Assembly: GCA_002633005.1 (NCBI GenBank)
Contig: NMRA01000308.1
Location: forward strand, 310,001-374,000
Direction: 5' to 3'
Length of the DNA: 64,000 bases
Origin: Phoronis australis
Taxonomy: Eukaryota > Animalia > Phoronida
The translations under genes were made by a program, and so were the position numbers. Positions 36,339 through 49,177 of the stretch are shown piece by piece. Within the stretch, counting starts at the first letter, position 1. Every line of letters begins with the position of its first letter. The notes beneath the pieces are model-generated. The model did no database searches, was not told where the DNA came from, and worked only from the letters and a program-made list of their open reading frames with translations.

Positions 36339-36408
36339 CGAATGGATGACAGCTGCATGATTTGATCAAGTAGATAAACACAAACCCTTGTATGACGAAC
36401 ACGGACAT
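36339..36408 (-). CDS. Secreted prepropeptide, exon 1 (signal peptide)
   Basis: ATG at 36408 gives MSVFVIQGFVFIYLIKSCSCHPF + G|gtaagt. The phase-1 donor matches the phase-1 acceptor at 31839. TATA-like TTTATAAT lies at ~36474-36481. Confidence 0.8.
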
Positions 36409-39400
36409 TGCGACACAGTCCTCACTGTCTTCGGTCACAAAAGCAAATTCAAAAATCAGTTAATTCATTAATCATTATAAAACAATCGCGTTTCTCACTT
36501 GTCATGTGAAACGTGGAAAGCAAGTCGTGTCAGTTTTATTCTGTTTGCAAATCAATATACGTGTGCTACAGACTTTGAAAGTTTAATCAATGAAACAACA
36601 GATGTGGATTAACCTACAGCACGCGCCTCCCGCGGTGACTAGTACCTGATTTGGCCGATAGGTAGCAGGTCCCGCTGAAGTTGGAGAGGGAAAACAAAAT
36701 CGATAGGTGTACGGTCTCTGGGGAAAATACGTCCGTACACGGTTTCGTTTTGGGCATGCGTGGCGCGTGCACAGTAGCGGGGTAGAAAAATAGGTAACGA
36801 CAAGCCAATTTTTACTTCATGGAGACAATATAGTAAAATGCATATTTTTTACAATAAGTTAATGGCGAAAACATCGCTTGATAAATACGTTTTTGTTACC
36901 AGTACGTGAATTCTTCTAGGTTATTTGGGTTCAGGGGATTTTTTGATTATTTATGAATAAATGGTGATTCCACATAGGCCAGAGTGATTGGTGTTTAATT
37001 GAAATAATTTGAAGATCTTTAATTTCTTTGTATCGAGGCCTATAAGTAACAGATAATACAAATAGTTATCCTGAATGGCCGATCTTACAGAGTACACAGT
37101 TTATGCTGACAACATCAACATATTACAGTGCACTCGAAAATTGAGGTTCTGAGGGAGAAAAATGAGTTTGTTATAATCTTGAATATGTTAGGAATGGCGT
37201 AATTACAACCTTATGACAATCCATTCGATATCTTTCAAAATATATCTTTCAAGAGACCTTACTTTTAATGAAATGGTCCTAGTTTATCTGATTTTTCTAT
37301 CCTCCAAACAATGTCAGCAGATCTTTGTGTCTTTTAAGTTTTTTAAAACTTAAAAAAATCTATTTAAAGTTAAACCAGCATGTGCTTTAATTTCAGAAAC
37401 CTGCGAAAAAGCGCCCCGAGCTTGTGTTTCATTTTCTGAAAAACGCTGATGGTCGTCACATTTTGAATGTTAGGCATAACTGCCACATATGCGTGCAAGA
37501 TATTAGAATTATATTCCATTAATGGCGAAAACATGTTTTGTGATTTCATTAACAGATGAAAATCAACAATTGACGCGAACAATGATTTTTTGAACCAACA
37601 TAGCATTTTCGTCGTAAATGAAAAATTGTAATTATCGGTCACTGAATTTCGTAAGAAATTCTGACCTTTTTAAAAATCAGAAGAAATTCTTTTGCAGAAA
37701 CTGTCATTCCGAAGTTGGCGATTTACATTTTTGGTACTTCAGTGACTCCTGCCCAAGTTCGGCAAGACGAGTCACAGTTTTCAATTCTTTAGTAGTCAGG
37801 CACTCTGATGTCGAATATAGCAAGCTTCAGCCCGTCGCCAATTAAGATATTTACGAAGGTGGGAAGATGGTAAATAAATCGGTGAGCTAAAAAGTCGTCA
37901 CTTTTCGGACTATCGGTCTTTCGTGCTATCGATTGAGGGAAATTTATTTCGGACGCTCGGCCTGTTGGACTATCGAACCGATCTCCAACTATTTTTTTTT
38001 GTTTTATGTGTGCGGTAAACGGTACCCCTCAATCTCGAAGAACTGTTTTGAACCTGAGAAACTGTAGGTCGCAGGCTGGTTGCATAGCGATCCAAGGCAG
38101 TATACCCATGCGAGCGGTGTTGTTATATGCAACAAAGACGCAACAAAGGAAAGCCACAGTAGTCTCCCATAGACCCGTCGCATGGATGTCGCAAATTAAA
38201 CAACACCTTGCGAGCAAATATGTATGAATACGATCTCGTTGGGTCATTCTCACATCAAATCAATTCTCCATAGGATATGGCAGTAGTATTTCTATGTATG
38301 TGGGATAACCTACATATATTCAATAGCGCGGATCTGATTAGCGTAAACCTTCACATAAGGCGAATGAGGTAAGCTAAAAGCTTATCCGATTACCTTCGGA
38401 AGCTAATGACTGTCAATGATTGCATCACCTGACGCAGTACAATAACAAATCTCTCGTTGGCTCATTCTAACAGTGTGTATGCTGTTTACTGCTAACGTGA
38501 GCAACAGGTAAGTGAGCATTTGATTTACTTTGCGTGGGTAAGCCGCATGAAGCTATGAGCCGAGGCATAGTTCACCTAAGGACAACAGGTCCACTCACCC
38601 TAACCCGTTTTCTGTCTGATCAAATGCCTGCCTAATCTCTATATATTTGAATACCAGGTGTAGGTTATAGCTATTGGTTTTTCGATGACAACCAACTAGT
38701 TCAATTTCTGTCTTTCTGATCGGTATGCATTTCACCACCAGGTGGGAAAGCTGTTGATTATTAGATGACAACTATGGTAGCTATCCCAAAGATCACCACC
38801 ATTATTGGGTCATGGACCGTGACGACACCTAGCGGGTGTACGTGCGCCTACGAAGTACGGGAGGCGTCGCCTTACCATGGCCAATTTTAGTTTGTCAAAT
38901 TCAAAATTATGAAGTATCTTTGTTTAAAATATTAATAACAAAAATGTGAGCAGTGTATTAGAAAAATACACATACTAGGCAAAATATAGTAAATCAATAA
39001 AAAACTGGGCAGCAAATGTAATATAAATTACAAGAAATAAATCATAAGCAAGAGGATGACTCGTAGGTGAGCGGGTGAAAGTAGGTGATTGGAGGGTGGC
39101 CAGGTACAGAACCTGTAGGATTTTGTCCAGGGGTGTCAGGGAAGTAATAAAGATAAGATAGATTTGCTTAAGAAGAGGTAAGAGAAAAACCTTACTACAT
39201 TCTACATTCAAGCAGAGGGGGGGGGGGGGCNATGAAACAGTCCTAAATAGCGACTCAGCGGGGGGGGCTGTGCCCAGTTACATGAAACAGTCCCAAATAG
39301 CGACTCAGCAGGGGCACATCCAAGATTTTTTAAAAGGGGGGGTCGGATCAAAGATTTTTTAAAAAGATGAGTCAAGTCAACAATTTGAAAATTCTAGATT

Positions 39401-40077
39401 TGATTATGGAAAATGTGGGGTCCGGAACCCTTTGACCCCCCGTGGATCCGCCTGTGCTCGACTGATTTGACTAACTCTTTTGCGCATATCTTTTGTTCTT
39501 TGCTCACAGTTGTTCTTCTGTCATTTTATCTTGATTACGAGCTCCTCTTTTGACTTATGACGTTTTCTAATAATACAACGAAAAAGTGAGCCCTTAATTC
39601 AGTCAAAATATTTACGGAATTGGTCCTTAAATTAGGAGCATTGCATGAAAAGATCTCTAATTATTTTCAATAATATTGAGGATTCAACGTAGAAAACCCA
39701 CAAATGCACAGTAGATTTAGGGAACTGTTTCATGCAACCGGGCACTGGATTTAGGGAACACAGAAGAGTAGCTTTGACCGTTTCCCGTAACCGGGCACTG
39801 GACCTCTTGCATCCGTGCCTGGTGCCGTGGGATCTGAAATGGGTAGCAAATTGAGATGGGTTGTGGTGATTGAAACTCGGGGCAACAAGGGTAGGGGGTT
39901 GAAAACCCTCAAGAGATGGAATTCTTGCCTGCAGTCCAGTAAACCTGCCTTGTATGCCCCCATAAAACAACCAAGATACCTGTTGAATGCCCAGTCTATT
40001 TAGGATAGTTTTAAGATGCTTTCCAGCTCTCGTAAACCATTCCTATTTTAGTAAATCAACTATCAGCAGTTAGTTAA

Positions 40078-40275
40078 AGGCATATGCAGCCTACATCGGC
40101 AGGTAAAAATGATCACTTCAAAGTAAATAACCTAAGGATGCCTTATTTCCTGACTTGTGAAGATCCGTGTCAAAACAAAAAGATAAACAAACGACAGCGT
40201 CACTGAGTGCAACGGGATTTCCAAGGTAACAGACATACTATCAAAGTATCCACCGATGTAAGGCTCAATATGCCT
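40078..40275. mobile_element. TTAA-flanked MITE
   Basis: TTAA|AGGCATATGCAGCCTACATCGG ... CCGATGTAAGGCTCAATATGCCT|TTAA. Confidence 0.7.
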
Positions 40276-42742
40276 TTAAAGGAACACTTCCTTCAACACT
40301 TCCTATGGCAAATTGTCAAGCAGGTTACCAAACCATACAATTGATATTAATTATCCACTGAAGTCCATATCATGATAGAAAATAAATGTGCACCTCGAAC
40401 TGCACTCAAAATATTGCACAAAAAGCGATGCATCTCCGCCATGTATCTCTGTGTCATGTTTCGTTAAGTACCATTAATAAATAATAATTAATAAACAGTA
40501 ATAGTAAATATAATCATCTTTTAGATCTGAATGTATTAAGACCCAAGAAAGAAATGAAACAAAGTAGTCAGAAGCATCAATCAGCAGTACTTCCCAAAAT
40601 CATGCAAACCAGTTACGATAATTTTCTATGTAAGCGATCAAATGCAGGGAAACCAGTTACGATAATTTTCTATGTAAGCGATCAAATGCAGGGAACAGTA
40701 AATCACCCAGCCCATTGCTGGTTGACTAGCAACAGTTTCACACAAAAATATCCTTTGTTTCAATCGTGGTCATCATCTATCTTAATCAGTTGGGAAGTGA
40801 AAAAAGCATAAGTCACTAATTTTAGATTAACTGTTGCTGCAGCCGTAGGCAGTGCAACAAGCACCGTAACAGTTGCTTTTTTACGGACCCGAGTCGTCAT
40901 GTCTAGCCATATTTGTTATTGCACATACGCCCGCTAGACGTCTCTACGGTCCGTGAAACAACAATGACCGCCAGTGGCCGTCCAATGGAATTTCGCTAGG
41001 AGATTTGTCTCCCTCTCTTCGGCCTCTGGTTATCCCTTATTTGGTTGACCACGTGTGCTGTGCAACTAGTTGGTTGTCATCCAAGTTAGATATGGTTGAC
41101 ATCTACCTCAGTTGATAAATTCAGAAAGTAAAAAATTGAATTGACGAGAAAATATGAACAATGGTCAAATGTTTCAACAAACCACACGTGGAAATATGCA
41201 CTGTGGCAATTTACACGATATGTTAAATGTCTTGAAAACGTCTTGCTGAAAGTCACTAATAGATGTAAGCATTGCTACGCTAAGGATCAGTGTTTCGCTA
41301 GCGCCACCTATAGACTGTCGAGTCTCCCGAGCGCATTGCCTTACACAGACACGGGATTAAAGTCCCAATCACTCCCACTTCTGGAATGAAATGTCTCCAA
41401 AATTTCAGCTTCAAAGAATTCCAAACGAACAATGTGTCAATGTTGAATTTTCCTTTCGAAAATTGTTGCAGGGTGTCTCCCAATCCCTTCATAAAATGAA
41501 ATGGAACAGTACACCTTCATATTTCAGTATGATCCGTTTTGTAAAGCAAAAAATCGCAGACATCTTCAGCCGTGTAATACCTCGGCCAGGCTATTCCGTA
41601 TTCTTACAACCTAACAAACTTGTAAAATGCGACGTATTCAGTAACATGCAAAGAGTATAAAGGGATACGCATGAAAACGGCTGTGAATTCATTAATCTGT
41701 AAAATGAAAACGTGATCGACCGAAAGTGATTCCTCATTATGCGATGATTTATATATAATGTTATTGAAATCGTTCAATCCAAAAAATAAGAAGTTCAAGA
41801 ATTTACAAAATATGTCATCCAGTTGTTGAAGCCATGAAATGTGACAACTAAATGAAGCTGTAAAGGAAATACACACTCGTTCAGTTTCATGAATTTTTGA
41901 TTCCATAAAATGAAACTATTTGTTGTAATACACCCATAAAGTGCCACAAACTATAACATCATGATATGATCAAAACAAATTAATGAATTCATGCACACTG
42001 AAAACAAGTGAATCCGTAAAGTGCGATGAATAAATCAGTACAAAAACGCATGAAAATTATCGAATCCGTAAAATGAAACAAAAAATAATTAAGGCCAAGT
42101 AAAATTTAACTAACTAGAAAAGCATAACATCAGTAGTATAGTAAGTCATTTACGTGGCACGCTTGGGAAGCTCCTCGGTCAAAAGGTCATAAATCCGAGA
42201 GAAAAGGTCAAAGGTTATGTTTGATAACTGCAAAGGACATCATCCGCCTACCGGACGGAAGTATCAATGACGTCACACCTCATTACGTAATAAGTTTAAT
42301 TAGACCCGTTAGACAGGCACCTCGATGCTTTCGTGGCACGTTTTTGCGGCTCCTCGCAACGGATTGACAGACGAAACAAAAGAGGGATTACCCTGCTGAA
42401 TAAGAACAAAAGGTACCTTATTTCGCTTACGCCAAGTGTCATCGTTGTATTTTGTTCTCATTTATCAAAAGCAAATGTTGTGTATATTCCGCTAAAAAAG
42501 GGGATAACCACCTAACTGAACAACAGATGCCGCGTAAAGTCTAACCCAGGTACCGACGGTACTAAACGAATAATATTAATAATAAGATGTGGTCACCTAA
42601 AATAGAACATAAAACTGATATTGTTTAAATGTGTATTAATGACAAAGTAAATTCGAATACACTACAAAAATAATCAAGACGTTCAGACACCATTTCCCTT
42701 AAAGTAGTCCATTATTAGTAGCAAATTATTAAATGTCCCGAA

Positions 42743-43895
42743 TTAAATGTTCAAAGGTCCAGTGGTGACGCCGTCGTCGAACACTTGTCTTTTGGGAAAA
42801 AGTAAGTGAGCACGCACTTCTCTTGCAGGTAGGTATTCATAGTGTTATCGCCGCCTAACCGGAATCCTTTGTTGTGGGCCGAGTTACTCTTCGTGGTTTG
42901 CAACACTTTGAGATACTTCCCCTTGTCGGTTTCGTTTCTCTGTCGTTGCACTCCTTTACAGCTAAAATGAGATTTACCATCGTCGACGTTTTAGAGGAAA
43001 GCGACATGCAGTAGTCCCCTTCAAATTCCAGTTTCAATAAGCCGGGCGTGCGTGTGTCGTAGGCTTCGCTTCCTTCCGTGTCCATTCGCGTAAACCAACG
43101 ACGTTTTTCCCATTCGAAAGCTGCTTAGATGTCTGGTTTACTCACGTCCCCTAGACAGTTACCGGATATTGCCATGTACGCCGAGTCTGCTGGAGTCCAT
43201 CTCGCAATATTCGAAATCGGATTTGTTGACGAATCTTAACATGAAGTCGTAGTAAAACTCCAACATGTGCAACTTCGCGTACTGATAAACAAAGAAGCCT
43301 ATTTGAAGCGGCAGGTTCAGGCGGATGGTCTTCTTTTTCATCTCCAATTCGCAGGTTCCGTCCCCGATGTAGTTGACGTGTCTAAATTCCGGGAACTGGA
43401 CTTACCGTTGAACCTTAGCCTCTCCGCAATACTTCACGTCACGGTGCCTTTCTTGATTCGTTACCGTCTTACCATACGCACTTACCTATTAGCTTCATCG
43501 TCTGCGCTACAGTGGTTTTGTTTTTGTCTTTGTCCCCTTCCGGCCTAGCGACGCTGACTTCCTCACCAAAACACTCGAAGCATTTTACGGGAGCAAATTT
43601 GACCACTTGATAGACGTTTGTTATATCTAGGCCGTGTTCCAAGTACCATTTCAGAAGCGGGGTTGCCAACAGAATTTTCTTACCGAAAAAACTTCCCACC
43701 AGATATCGTCGTGGTCGGCTCATGATTTTGTTTCTCTCCGCATACTCCGGCATAATGTCTCCTAGGTCGTCTCTGCTGATGTCTACATTCTAGAATATAA
43801 GTTGCATTTCTGAAAATCGCTCTCAGATGCCTCGAAACTTAGATGTCACATTCCACAACAGAGTACCGTCTAGAGCGAATGCCTTTATTTGTTAC
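42743..43895 (-). pseudogene. Protein-primed DNA polymerase B, C-terminal part, copy 1 (multiple frameshifts)
   Basis: RRYLVGSFFGKKILLATPLLKWYLEHGL, MKLIG, LPLQIGFFVYQYAKLHMLEFYYDF and TPGLLKLEFEG. Direct-repeat homologue of 52944-54120. Confidence 0.85.
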
Positions 43896-43929
43896 ACTTC
43901 ATCTATCAAGCTTAAAACTTTATAAATAC

Positions 43930-44160
43930 TATGGACGCACCCAGGGGGGGGGGGGTCGGGAGTTCGAACGATCACCCTTCCATTTGGCCTTGTAGAAACA
44001 AAAACATCGAAAGTGTAGAAAACAAAAGTCCACAAAAAGGCAAGAACAACCAAAATTCCGGGAATGCAAAATTCATAGCTCTGATCCTACCCCTGAATCT
44101 GAGTAAAAGGTCTTGATTCTCAAACATTCGAGCCCCCATTTTTGGCTGGGTACACGCATG
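43930..44160. mobile_element. MITE with 5-bp TSD (same family as 19393-19645)
   Basis: AATAC|TATGGACGCACCCAG...CTGGGTACACGCATG|AATAC. Confidence 0.7.
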
Positions 44161-45158
44161 AATACTAGACTGAAAAATAATGCTGATTACAAAGCCTGAG
44201 TTCATATATCAAAGAATAATCAAAACTATGCTTGGAACTAAAAATTAGCCTAATGATTGCCAAAGTGAACTTTTCCAGTAATTACAGTTTCGTTTCAAGA
44301 AATAAAATAGATAAATATGAGCAAATCAACAAATTAACAGAATTATACATATGCCAAACATTTGGTACAATACAACAAAAACCTTTTCAAGGATACTTAA
44401 ACAGGGATCCATGGGGCACCATGAAAAACACAGGACATGAGATGCAAATCAATAAACTAAAATACAAAATATGTGTCTAAATGAACACAAAAGTAGCAAG
44501 TAATTAATCAAAAATACTTTAATGAAAAACTGAACGTTAATCAAGCTATGGAATAGAAACTCCTGGGATTTAAAGCAATTTTAGCAACTGTAACAATGCA
44601 TTTATTACAACTGTCTAAGAATTTAATGTATGTTTAAGAAGATGTCTCTCAATACTGAGTATTCGTCATAGCTCATGACCAAGCAGTATAAAATTTTAAA
44701 AAGATTTAACAGAATGTTAAAGCTTGACCAGACTGAAAGATATCAGTACGAAATTAAGGTGCCATCTGCAAGTTAAATATAATACGAATACTTTTAATCA
44801 GGCATAAAGAAGTACTCCCTACGAAGTCTTCATTTAAAGCTTTATACACGAAGGCCCAAGTTAACATGCACTGTAGAATCAATCTGCATATTCTTCCTCG
44901 CTACCAAGTTCTCGGACATAATCTAAAACTTGCACAGCTTTCCCTGTAAATTGCAAGAACTACATGAAAGTAAGTCTTGGTTTCACTACAAAGCAAATTC
45001 ATCAAAAACATATGTTGACCTCTTGGTTTCATATTTAGAAAGTTTAATTTTAGGTTTAGCTTGTTATGGAAAACTTAACTTCCCTATATTAAGGAATATT
45101 TCTATAAAAGTAGAAAAAGTCAATCAGACGCACTCAGTCGGCTACCTCTGGAATTTAA

Positions 45159-45275
45159 AGGAGAATGTCGCCAAAAAGCAACCTATTTTGTACCAATTTA
45201 GATCGTGTAGTTCCACTCGACAACAGCAAATACGGTTCTTTCACCTGACACATGACGGCAGACGGAGGGCTTGAA
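45159..45275 (-). mobile_element. Solo end of the Kolobok-like element
   Basis: TTAA|AGGAGAATGTCGCC...tagttccactcgacaacagc...tgacggcagacggagg matches 16323-16425 and the reverse complement of 4160-4271. Confidence 0.65.
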
Positions 45276-46125
45276 AGGTCAGACACGGCAGTCCAAAATC
45301 GTGTTATCGATGATTTTTAGACATTTTGAGATTTCATCGTTTTTCATCTCCTCAGTGTATAGTTTACAGGATTTTATTATGCCAAATACTTAAAATAATC
45401 AGAAAAACAAAAAATATCCATTTATTGTCAAGCACCTCACTTTATTTGAGAAACATTTCGCCAATATGTCCCTCAAAATTACCAAAATTTACGTGGCCCT
45501 GCAGCCCCGATGCCTTAGCCGATCGAAATGACTCATAGCGTGTTTTGAAGGGAAGTGTGTCCTCTATCGGATATTATCGTTCATATCAGGATATTTCTGT
45601 GTATATTCGGCAGAGAAATACTTTTGTAGGTCTTGCTTCATTCATTCTTATTGGCTGCCGAACAAATACGGAAGATAATAAGGACAACGCGCATTCTGAT
45701 TGGTCAATTGGCACAAGTGTTCAGCTTCGTTTATATCCGTCGTTAGCAACGTGTTAGCAACCACGAAGAATAGGCAGCCATTTTGACAGCTTCATTACAT
45801 CATTTGGTCGGAATTTTATTGCGTTTCTTCGATGAAACACAGATTGAAAACAGGGAAAAAAGATCGGTGCAGCGACCTTTTGGGTTAGCGAAGGGGAGCA
45901 GGAAATAATAACTTTCAAAAGCACGTGAAGTAAAATTCGACATTCAACAAGGCGCAAGTCAACGAGTGCGATGACTCGGCCTACGTCGCTTGTGATAACG
46001 AATGGTAAATGTCGGAGGATAGTTCAAGCTATGTTATGTCTGACTGTGAGGGAATTGTTCTAGACTCTGCTTCCAGGAGAAAGGGGCTAATGTTTACGTT
46101 GATGGCCACGATAATAATCAATTGA

Positions 46126-46615
46126 GTGGGGAGGAAGTCCTACTTATCTCGTTCCGAGCGATCTCTTCTGGCTCAGCTTAGAGCAGGAAATCTCCCATTG
46201 CACTTGGAAACTGGTCGTTATGTAAACACTCCTGTAAGTGGAAGACTTTGCTTGTGTTGTGATTCTGGTTCTGTGGAGGATGAGCTACACTTTGTGTTTG
46301 ATTGTTCTCTTTATAACTCACGGAGGTCTATTCTGTTTAATAATGTTTCACTTCAAATCCCGAACTTTTGCAGATTCTAGTAGATTAGATACCTTAAAAC
46401 TGTTATGTCAGTATTTCCCTAGGCAATTTGCCAAATATATCAAGTCTGCTTTTGAACTTAGAAACCGACGCATTTATGGTAGGCCTGAATCTAAGTTGTG
46501 TGATTAAAGTGACTAATAAGCTCAATTGAGCTGGGTACTTATCTTTCTTACGAGTGTTATATCTATAACTGTTTGATTTAATTGTACTTGTCACTATAAT
46601 AAATAAATACTACTA
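46126..46615 (+). mobile_element. 3' fragment of a CR1/L2-group LINE
   Basis: RSLLAQLRAGNLPLHLETGRY...RLCLCCDSGSVEDELHFVFDC (C-terminal zinc knuckle), then a UTR and an aataaataaatactactac tail. Confidence 0.8.
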
Positions 46616-46894
46616 CAGAGACTGGTGGTTACTTGACCTGTTGACCTGATGCTATTCCAGTTGAATAACAACATAATTTGTTATGGCCTGGGTGTTCTGC
46701 AGATACCTGGACATTTACTAAAATTGAGAAGTGTGCTGGCGTTTCACAAGAAATAGTCGTGACGTGCATTTCGGTTGACTGTGACTTTTGATTGTATGAT
46801 TATTCAATTGCACAGTTTGAAATAGGCCTATATCAATTGATGACGGTTTGCTCATAACACTGAATTTGATAGCGGTATCGTTTGCTTGCACTTG

Positions 46895-48045
46895 GCACAA
46901 ACCTGGTATCTTGTGTCGCTACGGTATTGGAACTGTAATCGGACTTGTCTTGGACTATGAAGTATTGCCTTCATGTGTTTTGGCAAAAAATGGTTGCTAC
47001 AACACTCAGACTACTTTGTATGCCCATCCTCTGTTTTCAGTATGTGTCACGACAAATGCTGGATATGAAGTGGTGGTTGGTTCTCGAAAATGAAAACATA
47101 GCATCCTTACAGAAGGCTCTATCAGTCCTGAGAGAGCACAATGAAGAATGGAATCCAAGATGTTTTGTAGTTGATGAATCTGAAATAGAAACTCAAGCAA
47201 TTAAAACTGCGTGTAACTTTGTTTTCGGGTACTTGCTTACTTTACATAGTAGTAATGACATTACTGAACTGGTAAATGTTTTGTAAGAGCCTCAACTTAA
47301 TGCCTATAGCGTTCATCATTTTCCGTTTAACAGCTTGGTCACAACACACTACTTTCTCCGCATACGATATATAGATTTCACCGCCAATCTTAGGCACTGC
47401 ATAAAACCACAAGGTTTTGGCCTTAAAGGTACAAAAACTTGTTGCTTCTTCCCCACAACTATGTCAGAATTTTAATTTTTAGTAGTTAAAACTACTAATT
47501 TTGAGAGATCTGAAACTTTGTTATTACTAGAGACCCTACATGTTTCTTTTCAGATGAAATGACAACACAGCCCACCATACAGGAGAAACAGTTCCTTTTA
47601 AAATCTGACTTATATTTGCATATTTGCACTCATATTTACGAATGAATTTGGACTCTTAAAAATGACCAGAAAGCCTTACTAGGCGTTAGTAAGTGTGGTT
47701 CCGAATTTTACTCTTGCTGTCATTTTTCGAACAGTTCACTTGTTACAGCCAGCGAAAAACGTGTTTGCTAGAGAGCACAGATTTAACTTTCGTATCTGCA
47801 ACAAGTCTTGCTACAATTTCAAAGACCAGGGCTACTCGCATTTACTGTCCCAGATATCCTTTCTAAAACTCTAGTAAGGTCAAAGACTAATTTCACACCA
47901 AAAAGTCGATGAACAAAAAATCAATTTGTAACACCAAACATGGGTTGCAAAGCCCATAGAACTACGTACTTGTTAACTTTCTCTATGTGTGTGCAGAGAT
48001 CTTATTTTGTGACTTCCACAAGGAAGACGCCTGGTACCACTGGGT
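46895..48045 (+). pseudogene. Mutator-like (MULE) transposase remnant
   Basis: ILCRYG..., TTLYAHPLFSVCVTTNAGYEVV, ENENIASLQKALSVLREHNEEWNPRCFVVDESEIETQAIK, and after ~800 nt ILFCDFHKEDAWYHW (MULE CxFH motif). Frameshifted. Confidence 0.7.
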
Positions 48046-49177
48046 ATGCTCCTACATTAACGAATTGGTGGCACACTTCCCTTCGAGTAAGACCACAACA
48101 CTGAAAATGCCCATGGTCTTCATGAATAAATACTGCTGAAGTTTGACAGTGATCTGATGAGAAAGCAAAATAATGTTATTATTAAGTAAGCTTGTCCGCT
48201 GCATGAGGACTCATCCTTAAAATGATATCACAAAATAAAACCATAAAGTTTCAAAATATAAATGACAAGCAGTTAAGATCATGAAGGTCAATGTTTGCAG
48301 AATTCAAAGACAAACTGTCAAATGTGTTGTGTTCCAGAATGCAGGATCAATTTCCACTGAGCTACAAGTGGGAAAATTGAGACAGGAAGGCTGCAAGAAG
48401 TAACATGGAGTAAAGAAAACGTTGCATATAAAAGGAACAAATTGAATCCAAGTCACATACTAGTAGCTGTGACTCAGTCAATTCCATTTTGATGGACAGT
48501 GGACTTATAATCAGAGAATATTTTGATCAACTTTGTGAAAAATATTTTCATCCTAGGAAAATAATTCGTAAGACATCAATTGTTAGGTCTCATTTACACT
48601 TTCAATGCATACATCAACAATAATTATGGGTGAATTGTATTTTGATGATAACTTCTAAGATACTTTTGTTAGCCAATTAGATGTAAGTTGAGTGAGTCAT
48701 GGACATACGCTCTGAATTTCTAAGATTAAAATGTTTCTTATAGCTAAGATATCAATTCAGAATAATTAAGCTGTTATTGGTAGTTTGCAATGGAATCAAA
48801 ATTAAATTAGAGCAATGCAACATGTATTCTTTATTAATCAAAATACATCGATTCGGCCTTTTGCACAAGACCATCATTACAGAGTCTATGCTGTGACTTT
48901 ATACCCTTTATGATGATTAATTTAAACAAATTGAATATCTTGAAAGATATGAAACAATCTCTGACTACTGAGTAAATATGGCCAACCTAAAGATGAAATG
49001 TGTAATGTTTAAAAACACAATTGCCGGCAATTCAACAACTTCTAATACTTACCTGTATTATTCACTTCATATCTTTCATTCGAGCTTGTGTCATCTGGCA
49101 GGTAGCGCAACGCCAATCAAAAAACTCCCTGAAAATGTCTTGAAATTTTTGAAAAACACTTCTGAGTTTCCAGACAA

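Noticed and set aside
39231-39310. Direct duplication catgaaacagtcc.aaatagcgactcagc
   Set aside because: Adjacent to an N and poly-G runs; likely a contig-join artefact.
40607-40695. ~45-bp tandem duplication
   Set aside because: Simple two-copy slippage with no further structure.
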